A stretch of 64,000 nucleotides of DNA from the human T2T-CHM13v2.0 reference genome, Homo sapiens, in assembly GCF_009914755.1 (NCBI RefSeq), contig NC_060929.1, one strand, 5' to 3'. Of the stretch, positions 13,051 through 25,307 are shown in pieces. Position 1 is the first letter of the stretch, and every line of letters starts with the position of its first letter. The notes beneath the pieces were generated by a model. That model was not told the DNA's origin. It worked only from the letters and a program-made list of their open reading frames with translations, and searched no databases. Both the position numbers and the translations under genes were made by a program.

Positions 13051-13679
13051 ATCTCCAGTATGTGTAAGCCCTAATTATTCCTATTTCTTTTTTCTAGCAT
13101 ATTCTTAATTTTGTTAATTTTAATACTAAATTGTAGATATATACAAACATGTAGCTAATTATACACACACACATACACACACACACACACACACATATAT
13201 GTAAATTTTTAGGCATCACATTTTTACTGAAGATCTTAAAATGAAAAACAAGCCTCTTGTTGCAATTTTTCTCGGACTTGGTTTTGTTTCACAGAGGGAA
13301 TCACTTATAACTGTTTCTCTTTTTTATTCTAATCTAAAGAAACTGAAAAAATCCCTAAATAACACTATTAAGATATGATCTCCAGTATGTGTAAGCCCTA
13401 ATTATTCCTACTTCTTTTTTTCTAGCATGTTCTTTATTTTGTTAATTTTAATACTAAATTGTATATATATAAGCACATAGCTAATTATATACACACAAAA
13501 AAATTAGTCATCACATTTTTATTGAAGATATTTAAATGAAAAACAAGCCTCTTGTGGCAATTTTCTTCTTACCTGGTTTTGTTTCATGGAGGGAATCACT
13601 TATTACTGCTGCTGTTTTTGATTCTAATCTAAACAATCTGAAAAAAATCCCTAAATAACATACATAAAGGTATGTTATC
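13051..13679. repeat. Diverged tandem duplication, period ~327 bp; copy 1 carries an expanded (CA)n at 13163-13195
   Basis: atctccagtatgtgtaagccctaattattccta...aaatgaaaaacaagcctcttgt...aaaaaatccctaaataaca begins at 13051 and again at 13378. Confidence 0.95.
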
Positions 13680-14299
13680 CTATGACAGTTATCCTAGAAT
13701 GATAATGGTTTCAACAAAATAAAACTTTGTTGTTCTTTAAAATTAAAATCTAGCTGGGGAAGTGCAGTATGTGATAAGATATTCCATGTATTAGGGATGA
13801 AGTTTTTAATCTAGTGTCCTCGATAAGTATGACCTCAATATCATACACACAGAAGATAGGTACTATCACCTATTTTCTAGGTATTAAGATGGAGAGGCAG
13901 ACTTTATTTTGGGCAGTCATATGCCTAACTAAACCATTATAATTAGGATACAGCCAGTGGTCTGCAAAAGTCTTTCTCTTTAGCCATCTAATGTGTTTAC
14001 CTTTCCATTCACAAGCACAGTGCTCTTGCCACCATCCTCCAAGGGAGAAAACTGGAAAAGTTCATTCAGCTCATGAATCCACCCCAAATCCAGGACCTCT
14101 GAGTGATTTCCAATACGGTTCAAAGTTCTAAATGTGGCATCTCATGGCCATGTAACCTAAAAACTAAAGATGCAAAATATCTGTTATTACTATTACTAAA
14201 TCATTCTGATAGAGATATTCTTTACAAATTCATCACAATGCAGTCAGCAGTGTGCTCTTTATCTTTATTAAAGCAAATATTTCATTAACTCAGAGAGAT

Positions 14300-14405
14300 G
14301 TCATATTCTCATTTTAAAGACTAAAAACTGAGGCATAGAGAAATGAAATAATTTTCTGAGGAACTCACATCTAGCTAATACAGAATTATCATTTAGAATC
14401 AAGTT
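14300..14405 (-). mobile_element. MIR fragment
   Basis: cattttaaaga...aaactgaggcatagagaaatgaaataatttt resembles the antisense MIR core. Confidence 0.55.
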
Positions 14406-15029
14406 TTAAATTTCTACTCTTTCTTATCTCGGTGTCACACTTACTCCATGAGCAGCCATCACCCTATTGGTCAAAATGCCTGAATTTCTCTTACACATAA
14501 GATATCTACAAGATCTTCTACTAAACTATACATTGTCAGAGAGCAGCATCTTATTAATCTGAATATCTCTTACCCGACAAAATACCTGAAATATAGTAGT
14601 TGCTGAATTGATGTTTACTAAAGAAATTAATTATTAAATTTGGTGCCTAAACATATTAAATGTTTATTTCAAGTACTTTGAAACAAAAGAAACTTTTATA
14701 AAAAATCATATAATCCTGGACCAAACATCCAAAATTCAATATGTGTACTGCAGTAGAAACATGATGAATACTGTAAAAGTCACACTTGGAGAAGGGAGTA
14801 GAGTGGGGAATTAATGCAGAAACAGTTACTAATAACAATTATGAAACCTCTACCCTAGAACTTGAGTTCCTTGGTCAGACCTAGACTGGTCTGGTTATGC
14901 TGCCTTGAAAATAGATATTTATAGATATAGTGGTTTAGTCTGAATTTCTGATCTTTTACTGACTCATTTCTGTGCTTCTCTCATTTTGAGCTCTTGACAT
15001 CATATAAAGCTAGCCACCTTGGAGTAATC

Positions 15030-15335
15030 TGTATTAGTTTTCTATTGCTGTTGTAACAAATCACCACAAAATTATTGGCTTGAAACAACACACATTTATT
15101 ATCTCACAGTTCTAGAAGTCATAAATATGGGTTGTCTCTGTTGAATGTTCTATTTCGAGTTTCACATATTAGACATTGAGGAGTTGGTTTGCTAGAATCT
15201 TTTCATGAGACCCTGGGATGAATCTGCGCCTAAGCTCGTTAAAGTTGTTGGAGGAGTCTATTCCCTTGGGGTCATGGAAATAAGATTCTTTATTCTTTGC
15301 TAGATGTCAGCTGGTGCTGCTCCTTATATCTGAAA
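15030..15335 (-). mobile_element. MLT1-family MaLR LTR fragment
   Basis: tgtattagttttctattgctgttgtaacaaatcaccacaaa...ttgaaacaacacacatttattatctcacagttctagaag is the antisense MLT1 3' end. Confidence 0.75.
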
Positions 15336-16779
15336 ACAGATTTACAACTTGTACAAGGACAGTGTTATAATTGGTTAAATTTGAGGGAAAAAACATTTTG
15401 CTTTTCTACTCTCCAAAGCTCCAAAGTGGAGTGAACCCAGTGAGTGAATATTATGTCTCTATTCATAGATGGAGGCTCTACTTTCAACTCCTCTCTTTCA
15501 TATATGCTTTCTAAGAAGAAATTGTTAATACACAACCATCCTCCACTTGTCTCTATAGGTTTTCCTAATGCTTGGGCCTCAGTTGCAATATAGGCTGATT
15601 TGTGTGGTATTACAGATGACAGTCTCACTGGGTATGTTATCACTGCATTAAAGGGATAAATACATCATAGCTTTCCAACTGAAAAATCCGTCTTCTTACC
15701 ACCTCCTAAGGCAATGCCACTGTTTAATCATTAGCATTGGCAGGACTCTACTTCCAGGAAAGAAATGTTGTATTAATAAATATCAGGGTTATATAAAAAT
15801 GATAGACAAATGTAAAAATGGCATTTATACATGTAGACGATGTGGACAATGTATATATTTGTTCCCCTTCCTCTCACAGGTGAATTTGGTGGAGGCAGTA
15901 TAGAGCTAGTGGCCAGTTCCTGTTGTTAGATGCCAAGGTGCTAGGTCCTTTCATCTGTGCTCTTCCTTCTGTAGCCTCAGTCTCGTAGTTTAAGATGTCA
16001 GCTTTCCTTTTCAAGGAGGCACGCAAAGGAAACCGTTATGCAGAAAGACAGCAAAAGACACAGTTTTGCTCTCTCTTAAGGAAGCTTCCTGAAGCTGTGA
16101 TACAATATTTATACTTACAGATCATTGGTCAGAAAACACACATATGCCCATATCTTAAAAAAAGAAAAGATAGGTGAAAATTAGGGATTTTAATATGGGC
16201 TTCCTTGAAGTTAAAAATAAAGCTGAAAATTCAGAATTTACATGAGTGACCCAGGCCTAAAACCTCTTTTATCCAAAGCCTGAAAAGTCCTTAAATTCCC
16301 TTCCCTCATTGGAAAAAACCAGAGTAGGCAGGCAGAGAAATCAACAGGAGGGACTGAGTCAAGGTAAGTCAGCAGGTGCAGAAACCCATCTTCTATCCAG
16401 AAGCACTGCAATGGGTGAACAGAAATGAAAAGAGAAAAGCAGCTACAATAAACAGTCTGGCCCAGAAAGCCGCTTCGAACATTTGGATTGAAAATTCCTG
16501 TCCTGAGAAATAGGACTCACAAGGAGCACCTGTGGGGAATATTGAGCGAACGTGCCCCCACAGAGAGCAACCCAGAAGCCAGGCCTGGAGAAATCTCTTC
16601 TGCCCCTTAGAGAAGGCCAACAGAGGTCAGAGAGTGGCCCAGCAGCACTGCACAGGAAAGGCTCTGAGAATTAAACTGCCATTTGAACCACAGCTCATGA
16701 AAGTAGGACAAGGCCTGCATGAATCTCAACAAAGTGACTGGCTGTTAAAATTAAAGATTTAAATAGGAATTAGACTTGT

Positions 16780-19700
16780 CATGTATAACAGACAAAATAT
16801 CGAGGATACAATCTATGATCAGTCATTATAAAAAGAACCAAGAGAATCACAACTGGAGTGAACAATAGACAATGTTACTGATGCTACCACTGAGATTAAT
16901 CAGATGTTGAAATTCTCTGACAAGGATTTTAAAGCAGCCATCAAAAAATGATTAAAGAAACAGTAAAAAAAAAACTCTTGAAACAAATAAAAAATAGATT
17001 AGCCCAGCAAAGAAACAGGAGTTATAGAAAAGAACAAATTGAAAGTTATAGAACTGAAAAATACATTAAGAGAAATATAGCAACTCACTGGATGTGCTCA
17101 ATAGTGGAGCGGAGATGGCAGAGGATAGAAACAGTGAACTTGAAGACAGATCAATACCATTCACCCAGTCTGACCAACAGACTGAGGAAATAGGCTGAAA
17201 ACAATTGAACAGAGCCCCAGGAAATCTGTGAAATAATACCAAATATCCAACGTTTGCATTAGAGCCCAAAATGAGAAAAGAGGGAAAAAAAGAGTTGGGC
17301 TGAAAGAGTATTTGCAGAAATAATGTCGGAAAACTTCCCAAATTTGGTGAAAGACAGAAATAACTAAGAAATTGAGAGAATACTAATTGAGATAAACCCA
17401 AAGATATTCATGCCATGAAAAATACTGTGTTGAAAGCTGAACAAATTGCATCGTATTTAATGGTGAAAGACTGAATTTTTCCAAAGTAAGGAATATCCAC
17501 TCATCACTGTTACTCAACAATAATTGAAGTTCTAGATGTTGCTATTATACAAGAAAAGTAAGAAAGGCATGCAGATTGAAAAGGAAGACATAAAACTGTC
17601 TATTTGCAGATGATACGACTACACAGAAAATTTCAAGGAATGTGAAAACCAAAAAAGGATACAAGATCAAACACAAAAATCAATCTCATTTCTGTGCACT
17701 AACATGAACACAGAAAAAGCAAAAACTAAAAACTGAAAAAAAAAATTTGCAATCTCTAAAAAAAGTAAAGAAAAAAAAGAAATACTTAAGTAGACACTTA
17801 ATAAGACATGAACAGCTTCTATATGCTGAAAACTGCCAAATACCATTGAAAGAAATGAAAGACCTAAATTATTGAAGAGACACACTCTTTTCATAGATTG
17901 GAAGACTTAACATGGTAAAGATGTTGATTCTTTTTAAACTGACCTGTAGGTTAAATGCAATTCCTATCAGCATCTCGGTGGGACATACAAGATATACAAG
18001 ATCCATGTAAAGTTTATAAAGAAAGGCAAAGGAATTAGAATAGTTACCATGATTTTGAAGAGAAAAGTTTGAAGAATCACTCTATCAAACAATAAGACTT
18101 AGTATGTAGCATCAATATTCAAGATTGTGAGTTATTAAAGAAGGGATAGACACACAGGTTAAATTAACAGAGCCGACAACACAGAAAGAGACCTGAAAAC
18201 ATATGCTCTATTTATTGTGACAAAAGTACAAAAACAATTCAGTAAAGAAAGGCTAGCTTTTCAAGAAGTGATAAAGCAATTAGAAATGCATATGACAAAA
18301 AACCAAATCCAAGACAAAAACTCTATACAAAAACAACCTCATAATTTTTACTAAAATTAAGTCAAATAGATCATGAACTAAAATAAAACATAAACTCTAA
18401 ATGTCTTAGCAAAAAACATGAAACTTTTTCAAGATGCAAGGCTAGGCAAAAAAGTTTTAGATTTGATGACAACAGTATGGATATTAATATGAAAAGCCGA
18501 TAAAGTAAATTTCATTAATATTAAAAACTTTCTCTCGAAAAGTCTCTGCTAAGAAGATTGAAAGACAATCAAAAGACTGAGATAAATATTTGGAAAAGAT
18601 CTACCTGACAAAGTACTAGAATCAAAAATATTTTTTTAAAAATCAGAACTCAACAGAAAAAAATAAAATGAAAAATGAAACAAATTAGAAAATGGGCAAA
18701 ATAGCACTGGAGAGCATATACAGGTGGAAAATATGCACATTAAATGATGTTCAACACCATTAGCATTAGAAATATGCAAATAAAAGTCACAATGTGTTAT
18801 CACTACATACTTGTTAAAAGGCTAAAATAAAAAATAGTAACACCACCAAAAATTAGAGAGAATATGACAGAAAATATAAAATAAGGCAGATACTTTGGAA
18901 AATAGTTCAGCAGTTTCTTATTTAAAAAAAATCACCTAAACACTGAATTACTATATTACTCAGAAATTATACATTTTAACATTTATCACAAAGAAATATA
19001 AATTTCTCTTCACACAAAAACCTATACACAAGTGTTGATAGCAACTTTATTTGAAATCATCAAAAACTAGAATCAGTTCTATTGTCCTTTAGCATTAAGA
19101 AGGAAGGAACTATTAATGCATGCAATAGCTTGAATGAATCTCCAGGGAATTAACTGAGTAAAAAAGACAATGTCTCAACGTTACACATTATATGATTCCA
19201 CTTGTATGTAATATTTGAATTGACAAATATTAGAAGTGGAGGACAAATTAATGTTTGACAAGGGTTAATAATTGGGGCTGGGTGCCAAAGGGATGTGTGT
19301 CATCACACAATGGGAACATGAGGACTCTTGTGCTCATGGAGCTGTTCAGCATCTTGATTTTGGTGATGGACACATTAACTTATAAATTTGATAACATTGT
19401 ATGGAACAAAATACACAAGTATGCACACACACAGACACACACACCACACACACACACACGAGTGAAAGTAAAACTGGGGAAATCTCCATATGATGGTGAT
19501 TTGTGTTAATGTCGACACAGTAGTCCCCTCTTATTTTGGGAGGTTGTGTTCCAAAACCTCCAGTGGATACCTGAAACCACAGATAGTACCAAACCTGATT
19601 TCTGTTAATTAAAACACATTTTTGTTCATGTCTTCCACCCACACATTTAATGCATTTTCTATCTTAACTAAGCACATATCACACACTGTGGGCTTAACTA

Positions 19701-20395
19701 TTGCAGTCTGAGGTGCAACAACAAAACTAGCATAAATTTCTTTTATCCTTCTTCACAATTTCATGCATAAAAGACTAGTTCTTACTGGAGATCTTAGTAA
19801 CCTCACATATGATTTTTTTTAATTTCCATATTAAGTTGAGAACTTTCTCCTTTTCACTTCAAGGGAGCACTTTATGGCTTCTTTTTGGTATATCCGAATT
19901 GCCAGTGACACCACTCTTCTATTTTGGGGCCATTATGAAGTAAAATAAGGGTGACTTGAAATCAAGTACTGAGATACCACATCAAACAGTGCATCTGATA
20001 ACTGAGTCACTCCTAAGTGACTAATTAGCGGGCAATGTAGAGAGCTTGGATGCACTGGACACCAAGGGAGGGTTCTTGTCCCTGGCAAGTTAGAGGGGGA
20101 CTGCATAAGATTTCATCACACTACCCAGAATGACCTTCAATTTAGCTTACAAATTGTTTATTTCTGGAATTTTCCATTTAATATTTTCAGACCACAGTTT
20201 AACATAGGTAACTGAAATCCCAGAAAACAAAACTGTGGATAAATACAAAATGATATTTTGGTTGTGATATTATAAAATAGTATTGCAAAAATTGTACCAT
20301 CAGAGGAAACTAGATAAATATATATTGAATCTCTCTGTTTTACTTCTCTCAACTGCATGTAAATTTACAGTGATTTAATACAATTTTCAGTCAAG
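16780..20395 (+). mobile_element. Old L1MC/L1MD-type LINE (ORF1, internally deleted ORF2, 3'UTR) interrupted by MER44
   Basis: ORF1-like gacaaggattttaaagcagcc; RT motif region tatttgcagatgat at ~17601; ORF2 tail atatgcaaataaaagtcacaatg; 3' end ttggttgtgatatt...caactgcatgtaaatttac after 20250. Confidence 0.75.
19518..20243 (-). mobile_element. MER44 (C/D-size) Tigger/TcMar non-autonomous DNA transposon
   Basis: TIR cagtagtcccctcttat, then ccagtggatacctgaaaccacagatagtacc; other end ggtaactgaaa...aactgtggataa with a truncated TIR. Confidence 0.8.
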
Positions 20396-20549
20396 AAACA
20401 AATAAGAATAAAAACAAAAATATTAATATGTTGAATACTATTAGATAATTTACCACTGTTTCTTTACACACACACACACGCAAGAAATGTAGATGACTTT
20501 GTTAAGGTTTTATTATTATGACACATAATATAAACACTTTTCTGGTGTT

Positions 20550-21255
20550 TATATTATATATATTTAATATAATATATTAAACATATATTTAATATATAAA
20601 TATATTAAAATACATATTTAATATTTAAATGTTTTAAAATATTAAATATATATTATCTTAATTATATATATTATATATAATTAATTAAATATATACTAAT
20701 TAATTAACTAAATTAAATATATATTATATTTAATATATATAATATATAGATTATATTTAATATATTAATAAATATTTAATATATTATTATATATTAAATA
20801 TATTATATAATTAAATAATTATATAATATATTTAATATATAATATTTAATATGTATTATATATTATATTATATTAATATAAATAAATAAATAATATAAAT
20901 AAATAAATACTGTAAATAAATAAAATAAAATAAATAATATATTGTATATCAATTATATAAATAATAATCAAATAATATATAATAATTATATTAAATATGA
21001 TTATTATATATTAAATATAAATATATTAAATATAAATAATATTCAATATATTAATAAATATATTAAAAATATATTAATATATTTAATATATTAAATATAG
21101 ATTATATTTAATATATTAAATATAGATTATATTTAATATATTAAATATAGATTATATTTAATATATTAAATATAGATTGTATTTAATATATTATAATATA
21201 TTATATATATTATATAATATATAATATAATATATATAATATAATAATATAATTAA
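20550..21255. repeat. ~700-bp almost pure A/T low-complexity tract containing 4 x 25-bp near-palindromic units (21091-21190)
   Basis: Unit ttaaatatagattatatttaatata at 21091, 21116, 21141 and 21166 (last copy has one substitution). Confidence 0.9.
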
Positions 21256-21780
21256 GTTATAGAATACTTGACTATGGCTTAAACAAATGAAAGATACTTA
21301 TCTATTTGTTTGAATAACAAGAATGGTACATAGTTTAGCTACCTTGGTTTTAAATTAAAGGCAATAGGAATTTATTAAAACATTTTAGAATACAAACAAA
21401 TTATTAAAAATTTAAACATTTTTACTATGATAAAGGGCAGGGATATTACATTTTTTTTACACAGCTCATTCCTTGGCTTGTTGAGGGTAGTTATAAATTT
21501 TGTTCCTTCAATCATATTATGTTTTTTTCTTCAGATTTGTTACAATTTTGTATGTATAATTTTCAAGTGAGTTCTACTACAATATGCCTAAGTATAGTTA
21601 TGTTTTAATTATTACACATCCTGCGTAGATATGTACAAATTGTACAAATTTGTTTTGTGATAGTTTCCAGCATTTTCTTTAATAGTAAGCTATTGTCTTT
21701 TAGATATCAGTTATTTCACATTATTTCTTAGCTTTCCTTTTTAGAAATTCACTTACATATATGTTAGATTTTTACCTGAT

Positions 21781-24027
21781 TGATAGGGTTTGGCTGTGTC
21801 CCCACCCAAATCTCAACTAGAATTATGTCTCCCTGAATTCCCATGTGTTGTGGGGGAGACCCAGGGGGAGGTAGTTGAATCATGGGGGCCGGTCTTTCCT
21901 GTGCTATTCTCTTGATAGTGAATACCTTTCATGAGATCTGATGGATTTATAAGGGGTTTCCACTTTTGCTTCTTTCTCATTTTTCTCTTGCTGCTGCCAT
22001 GTAAGAAGTGCCTGTCACCTCCCACCATGATTCTGAGGTCTCCCCAGCCATGTGGAACTGGAAGTCCAATTAAACCTCTTGTTCCCAGTTTCAGGTATGT
22101 CTTTATCTGCAGTGTGAAAATGGACTAATACAGTAAATTGGTAGCAGTAGAGTGGGGTGTTGCTGAAAAGATACCTGAAAATGTGGAAGCAACTTCGAAA
22201 CTGGGTGACGGGCAGAGGCTGGAACAGTTTGGAGTGCCCAGAAGAAGACAGGAAAGTGTGGAAAAGTTTGGAACCTCCTAGAGACCTTTTGAATGGATCT
22301 GACAAAAATGCTGATGGTGATATGAGCAATAAGGTCCAAACTGAGGTGGTCTCAGATGGAGATGAGGAACTTGTTGGGAAGTAGAGCAAAGGTGACTCTT
22401 GTTATGTTTTAGCAAAGAGACTGGTGGCATTTTGCCCCTACCCTAGAGATTTGTGGAACTTTGAACTTGAGAGAGATGATTTAGGGTATCTCACACAAGA
22501 AATTTCTAAGCAGCAAAGCATTGAAAATGTGACTTTGAGTGTTGTTGAAAGCATTCCATTTAAAAAAGGAAACAGAGCATAACAATTCAGAAAATTTGCA
22601 GCCTGACAATGCAGTAGAAAAGAAAAACCCATTTTCTGAGGAGAAATTCAAGCCAGCTGCAGAAATTTGCATAAGTAGCAAGGAGCCTAATGTTAATCCC
22701 CAACACCATGGGGAAAATGTCTCCAGGCCGTGTCAGAGACCTTCATGGCAGCCCCTCCCATCACAGGCCCAGAGGCCCAGGAGGAAAAAGGGGTTTCATG
22801 GGCTGGGCCCAGGGTCCCCATGTTGTGGGCAGCCTGGGGACTTGGTGCCCTGTGTCCCATTTGCTCCAGCCATGGCTGAAAAGGGCCAACATAGAGCTCA
22901 GGCTATGGCTTCAGAGGGTGGAGGCCCCAAGCCTTGGCAGCTTCCACATGGTGCTGAGCCTGCAGGTGCACAGAAGTCAAGAATTGAGGTTTGGGAACCT
23001 CCATCTAGATTTCAGAAGATGTATGGAAATGCCTGGATGCCCAGGCAAAAGTTGGCATCAGGGTCACAGCCCTTATGGAAAACTTCTGCCAGGGCACTGT
23101 GGAAGCAAATTGTGGGGTCAGAGCCCACACACAGAGTCCCTAATGGGGCACTGCCTAGTAGAGCTGTGAGAAGAGGGTCACCTTCCTCCAAACCCCAGAA
23201 TGGTAGACCCTCCAACAGCTTGCACCGTGAGCCTGGAAAAGTCACAGACACTCAGTGCCAGCCCATGAAGGCAGCCAGGAAAGAGGTTGTACCCTGCAAA
23301 GCCACAGGGTTGGTGGAGCTGCCCAAGACCATGGGAAGCAAACTCTTTCATCAGTGTGACCTGGATGTGAGACCTGGAGTCAAAGGAGATCATTTTGGAG
23401 CTTTAAAATTTGAAGCTCTGCTGGATTTCAGACTTATGTGGGCCCTGTCACCCCTTTGTTTTGGCCAATTTATCCTATTTGAAATGGCTGTATTTACCCA
23501 ATACCTGTACCTCCCTTGTATCTGGGAAGTAACTAGCTTGCTTTTGATTTTACAGGCTCATAGGTGGAAGGGACTTGCCTTGTCTCAGATAAGACTTCGG
23601 ACTGTGGACTTTTGAGTTAATGCAGAAATGAGTTAAGACTTTGGGGGACTGTTGGAAAAGCATGATTGGTTTTGAAATGTGAGACATGAGATTAGGAGGG
23701 GCCAGGGGCAGAATGATATGGTTTGGCTGTTTTCCCACCCAAATCTCAACTTGAATTGTATCTCCCAGAATTCCCACATGTTGTGGGAGGGACCCAGGAG
23801 GAGGTAAATGAATCATGGGGCCCAGTCTTTCCTGTGCTATACTCGTGATAGTGAATACATCTCACGAGATCTAATGGGTTTATCAGGGGCTTCTGCTTTT
23901 GCTTCTTTCACCTCACACCATGATTCTGAGGCCTCCCCAGCCATGTGGAACTGGAAGTCAATTAAACCTCTTGTTGTTCCCAGTTTTGGGTATGCCTTTA
24001 TCGGCAGTGTGAAAACAGACTGATACA
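21781..24027 (+). mobile_element. Complete THE1A MaLR provirus: 5' LTR 21781-22132, internal 22133-23713, 3' LTR 23714-24027
   Basis: Both LTRs start tgata(g/t)ggtttggctgt and end gact(a/g)ataca; 5-bp TSD ctgat at 21776-21780 and 24028-24032; 3' LTR has a ~40-bp deletion. Confidence 0.95.
22181..23615 (+). pseudogene. THE1 internal ORF remnant (MWKQL...), with one nonsense codon and two frameshifts; 358-codon open stretch at 22539-23615
   Basis: ORF track peptides 22157-22384 and 22539-23615 are homologous to those of the neighbouring MST element; TAG at 22382-22384; frame changes near 22533 and ~23415. Confidence 0.75.
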
Positions 24028-24032
24028 CTGAT

Positions 24033-24950
24033 TCTCATATGATTTTTATGTTATTTTATGTATTTTATGTCTATCTCCTTTAGTGTTAAATGTTTATTTT
24101 TTTCAGATCTACTTTTCTCTTTAATTGCTCCATTGATACATTTTTTGTAGGTTCACTTTCTCTTGAGTTTAAAAAAAAATTCTTAGACTTTTAATTTATT
24201 TTATACATTAATTGTAGCTCTTTTTATGTTTGTGTGTGTTAACTCTAATATCTGTCATTGTGGGTGATTTCTACTGTCTCCTTTTTTTCTCTTAGTTTGC
24301 AGTCAAAGTGTCTTTTATATGCCTGAATATTGAATATTTTAAGATTTTTTAAAATAATTTTTATTGTTTTGGTTGAGTGACAAATGTAGTATGTGAAAAA
24401 TCACAGAGATCACATAAGGGTGTAGGTTGTTCTCTTCCTCTGGAGAGAGTCCACTTTTGTTCAGGAGGGTGGTTCTGCTGACAGCAATAGAATGATTGGA
24501 AGCTGTAATTGGATCACTTGGCTATTGTTTCTGGTTCTTTCACTGTCAAAAGTATTTAATTTCGGTATTTTAAGTGAAACCTTTATGTCTTATTTGGAGC
24601 CTCTCTTCCTTTGTGATCCCTGAACCACCGTTTTGTCTGGTACAGCATGTAAATTTATCTAACGTCCCCTTTGGCTTCTCAGTTTCTTACCGATGAATTT
24701 TAGAATTACCAGATGCCTCATGAGGAAAAGTGGGGCCAGAGGCTGTGTTTACTTCCTTGTGCCTCCCCTTTTCCTCCTGATCTCGTCCCACACATTCTTC
24801 CTGCCTTGGTAAATCTGTGATGCCTTCAAACAGTTTTGGGTTTTGGTTTTTGCTTTTGAATAGACTGCCTAATTAGGTATAGGTTTTCAGTAGGAAATGT
24901 GGTCTAGAATAAGCTGGTCTACCATTATTACAAGTCACAATACCACTAAC
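24033..24950 (-). mobile_element. Old L1M fragment, apparently the host of the THE1A
   Basis: T-rich, L1 ORF1/5'-like antisense sequence on both sides of the THE1A. Confidence 0.35.
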
Positions 24951-24983
24951 AAGCTTTAGAGGGCAAGGTAATAGAATTAGGAG

Positions 24984-25295
24984 TGTTAAAAAATATTCAT
25001 GACACGTATTAAATAATAGGAAATCACACTTTTTGTAGGGGAATTATTGTGATAGATATAAGGACTATTGCATCGGCAATGAGGTTTTGAACTAGAGAAG
25101 AGAAACTGGGCTGAACTTAGAATAAAACAAAGTGGGAGTTTATAGCCAAAAAGCAGGATCAGGGTCAGTGAGTGAAAAAACTCTTAAGAGAAAATATCAG
25201 AGGTAAGGGGAATTTCTGGTTAAAATGACCTAACAGGAATCTGGCCAAAGGCAGGCCAGGATGAGTAGCTATTATCTGGGGAATGGTGTAGGATA
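24984..25295 (-). mobile_element. MER31/MER67-type ERV1 LTR fragment (truncated)
   Basis: tgttaaaaaatattcatgacac...gtgggagtttatagccaa...ggtcagtg...taagag...atcagaggtaagggg...acctaacagga resembles the antisense consensus. Confidence 0.65.
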
Positions 25296-25307
25296 ATAAT
25301 ATGGATA

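Noticed and set aside
21872-23815. DUX4-type TAATTGAATCA sites in the THE1A LTRs
   Set aside because: Both copies deviate from the motif (tagttgaatca at 21872, taaatgaatca at 23805), so binding cannot be claimed
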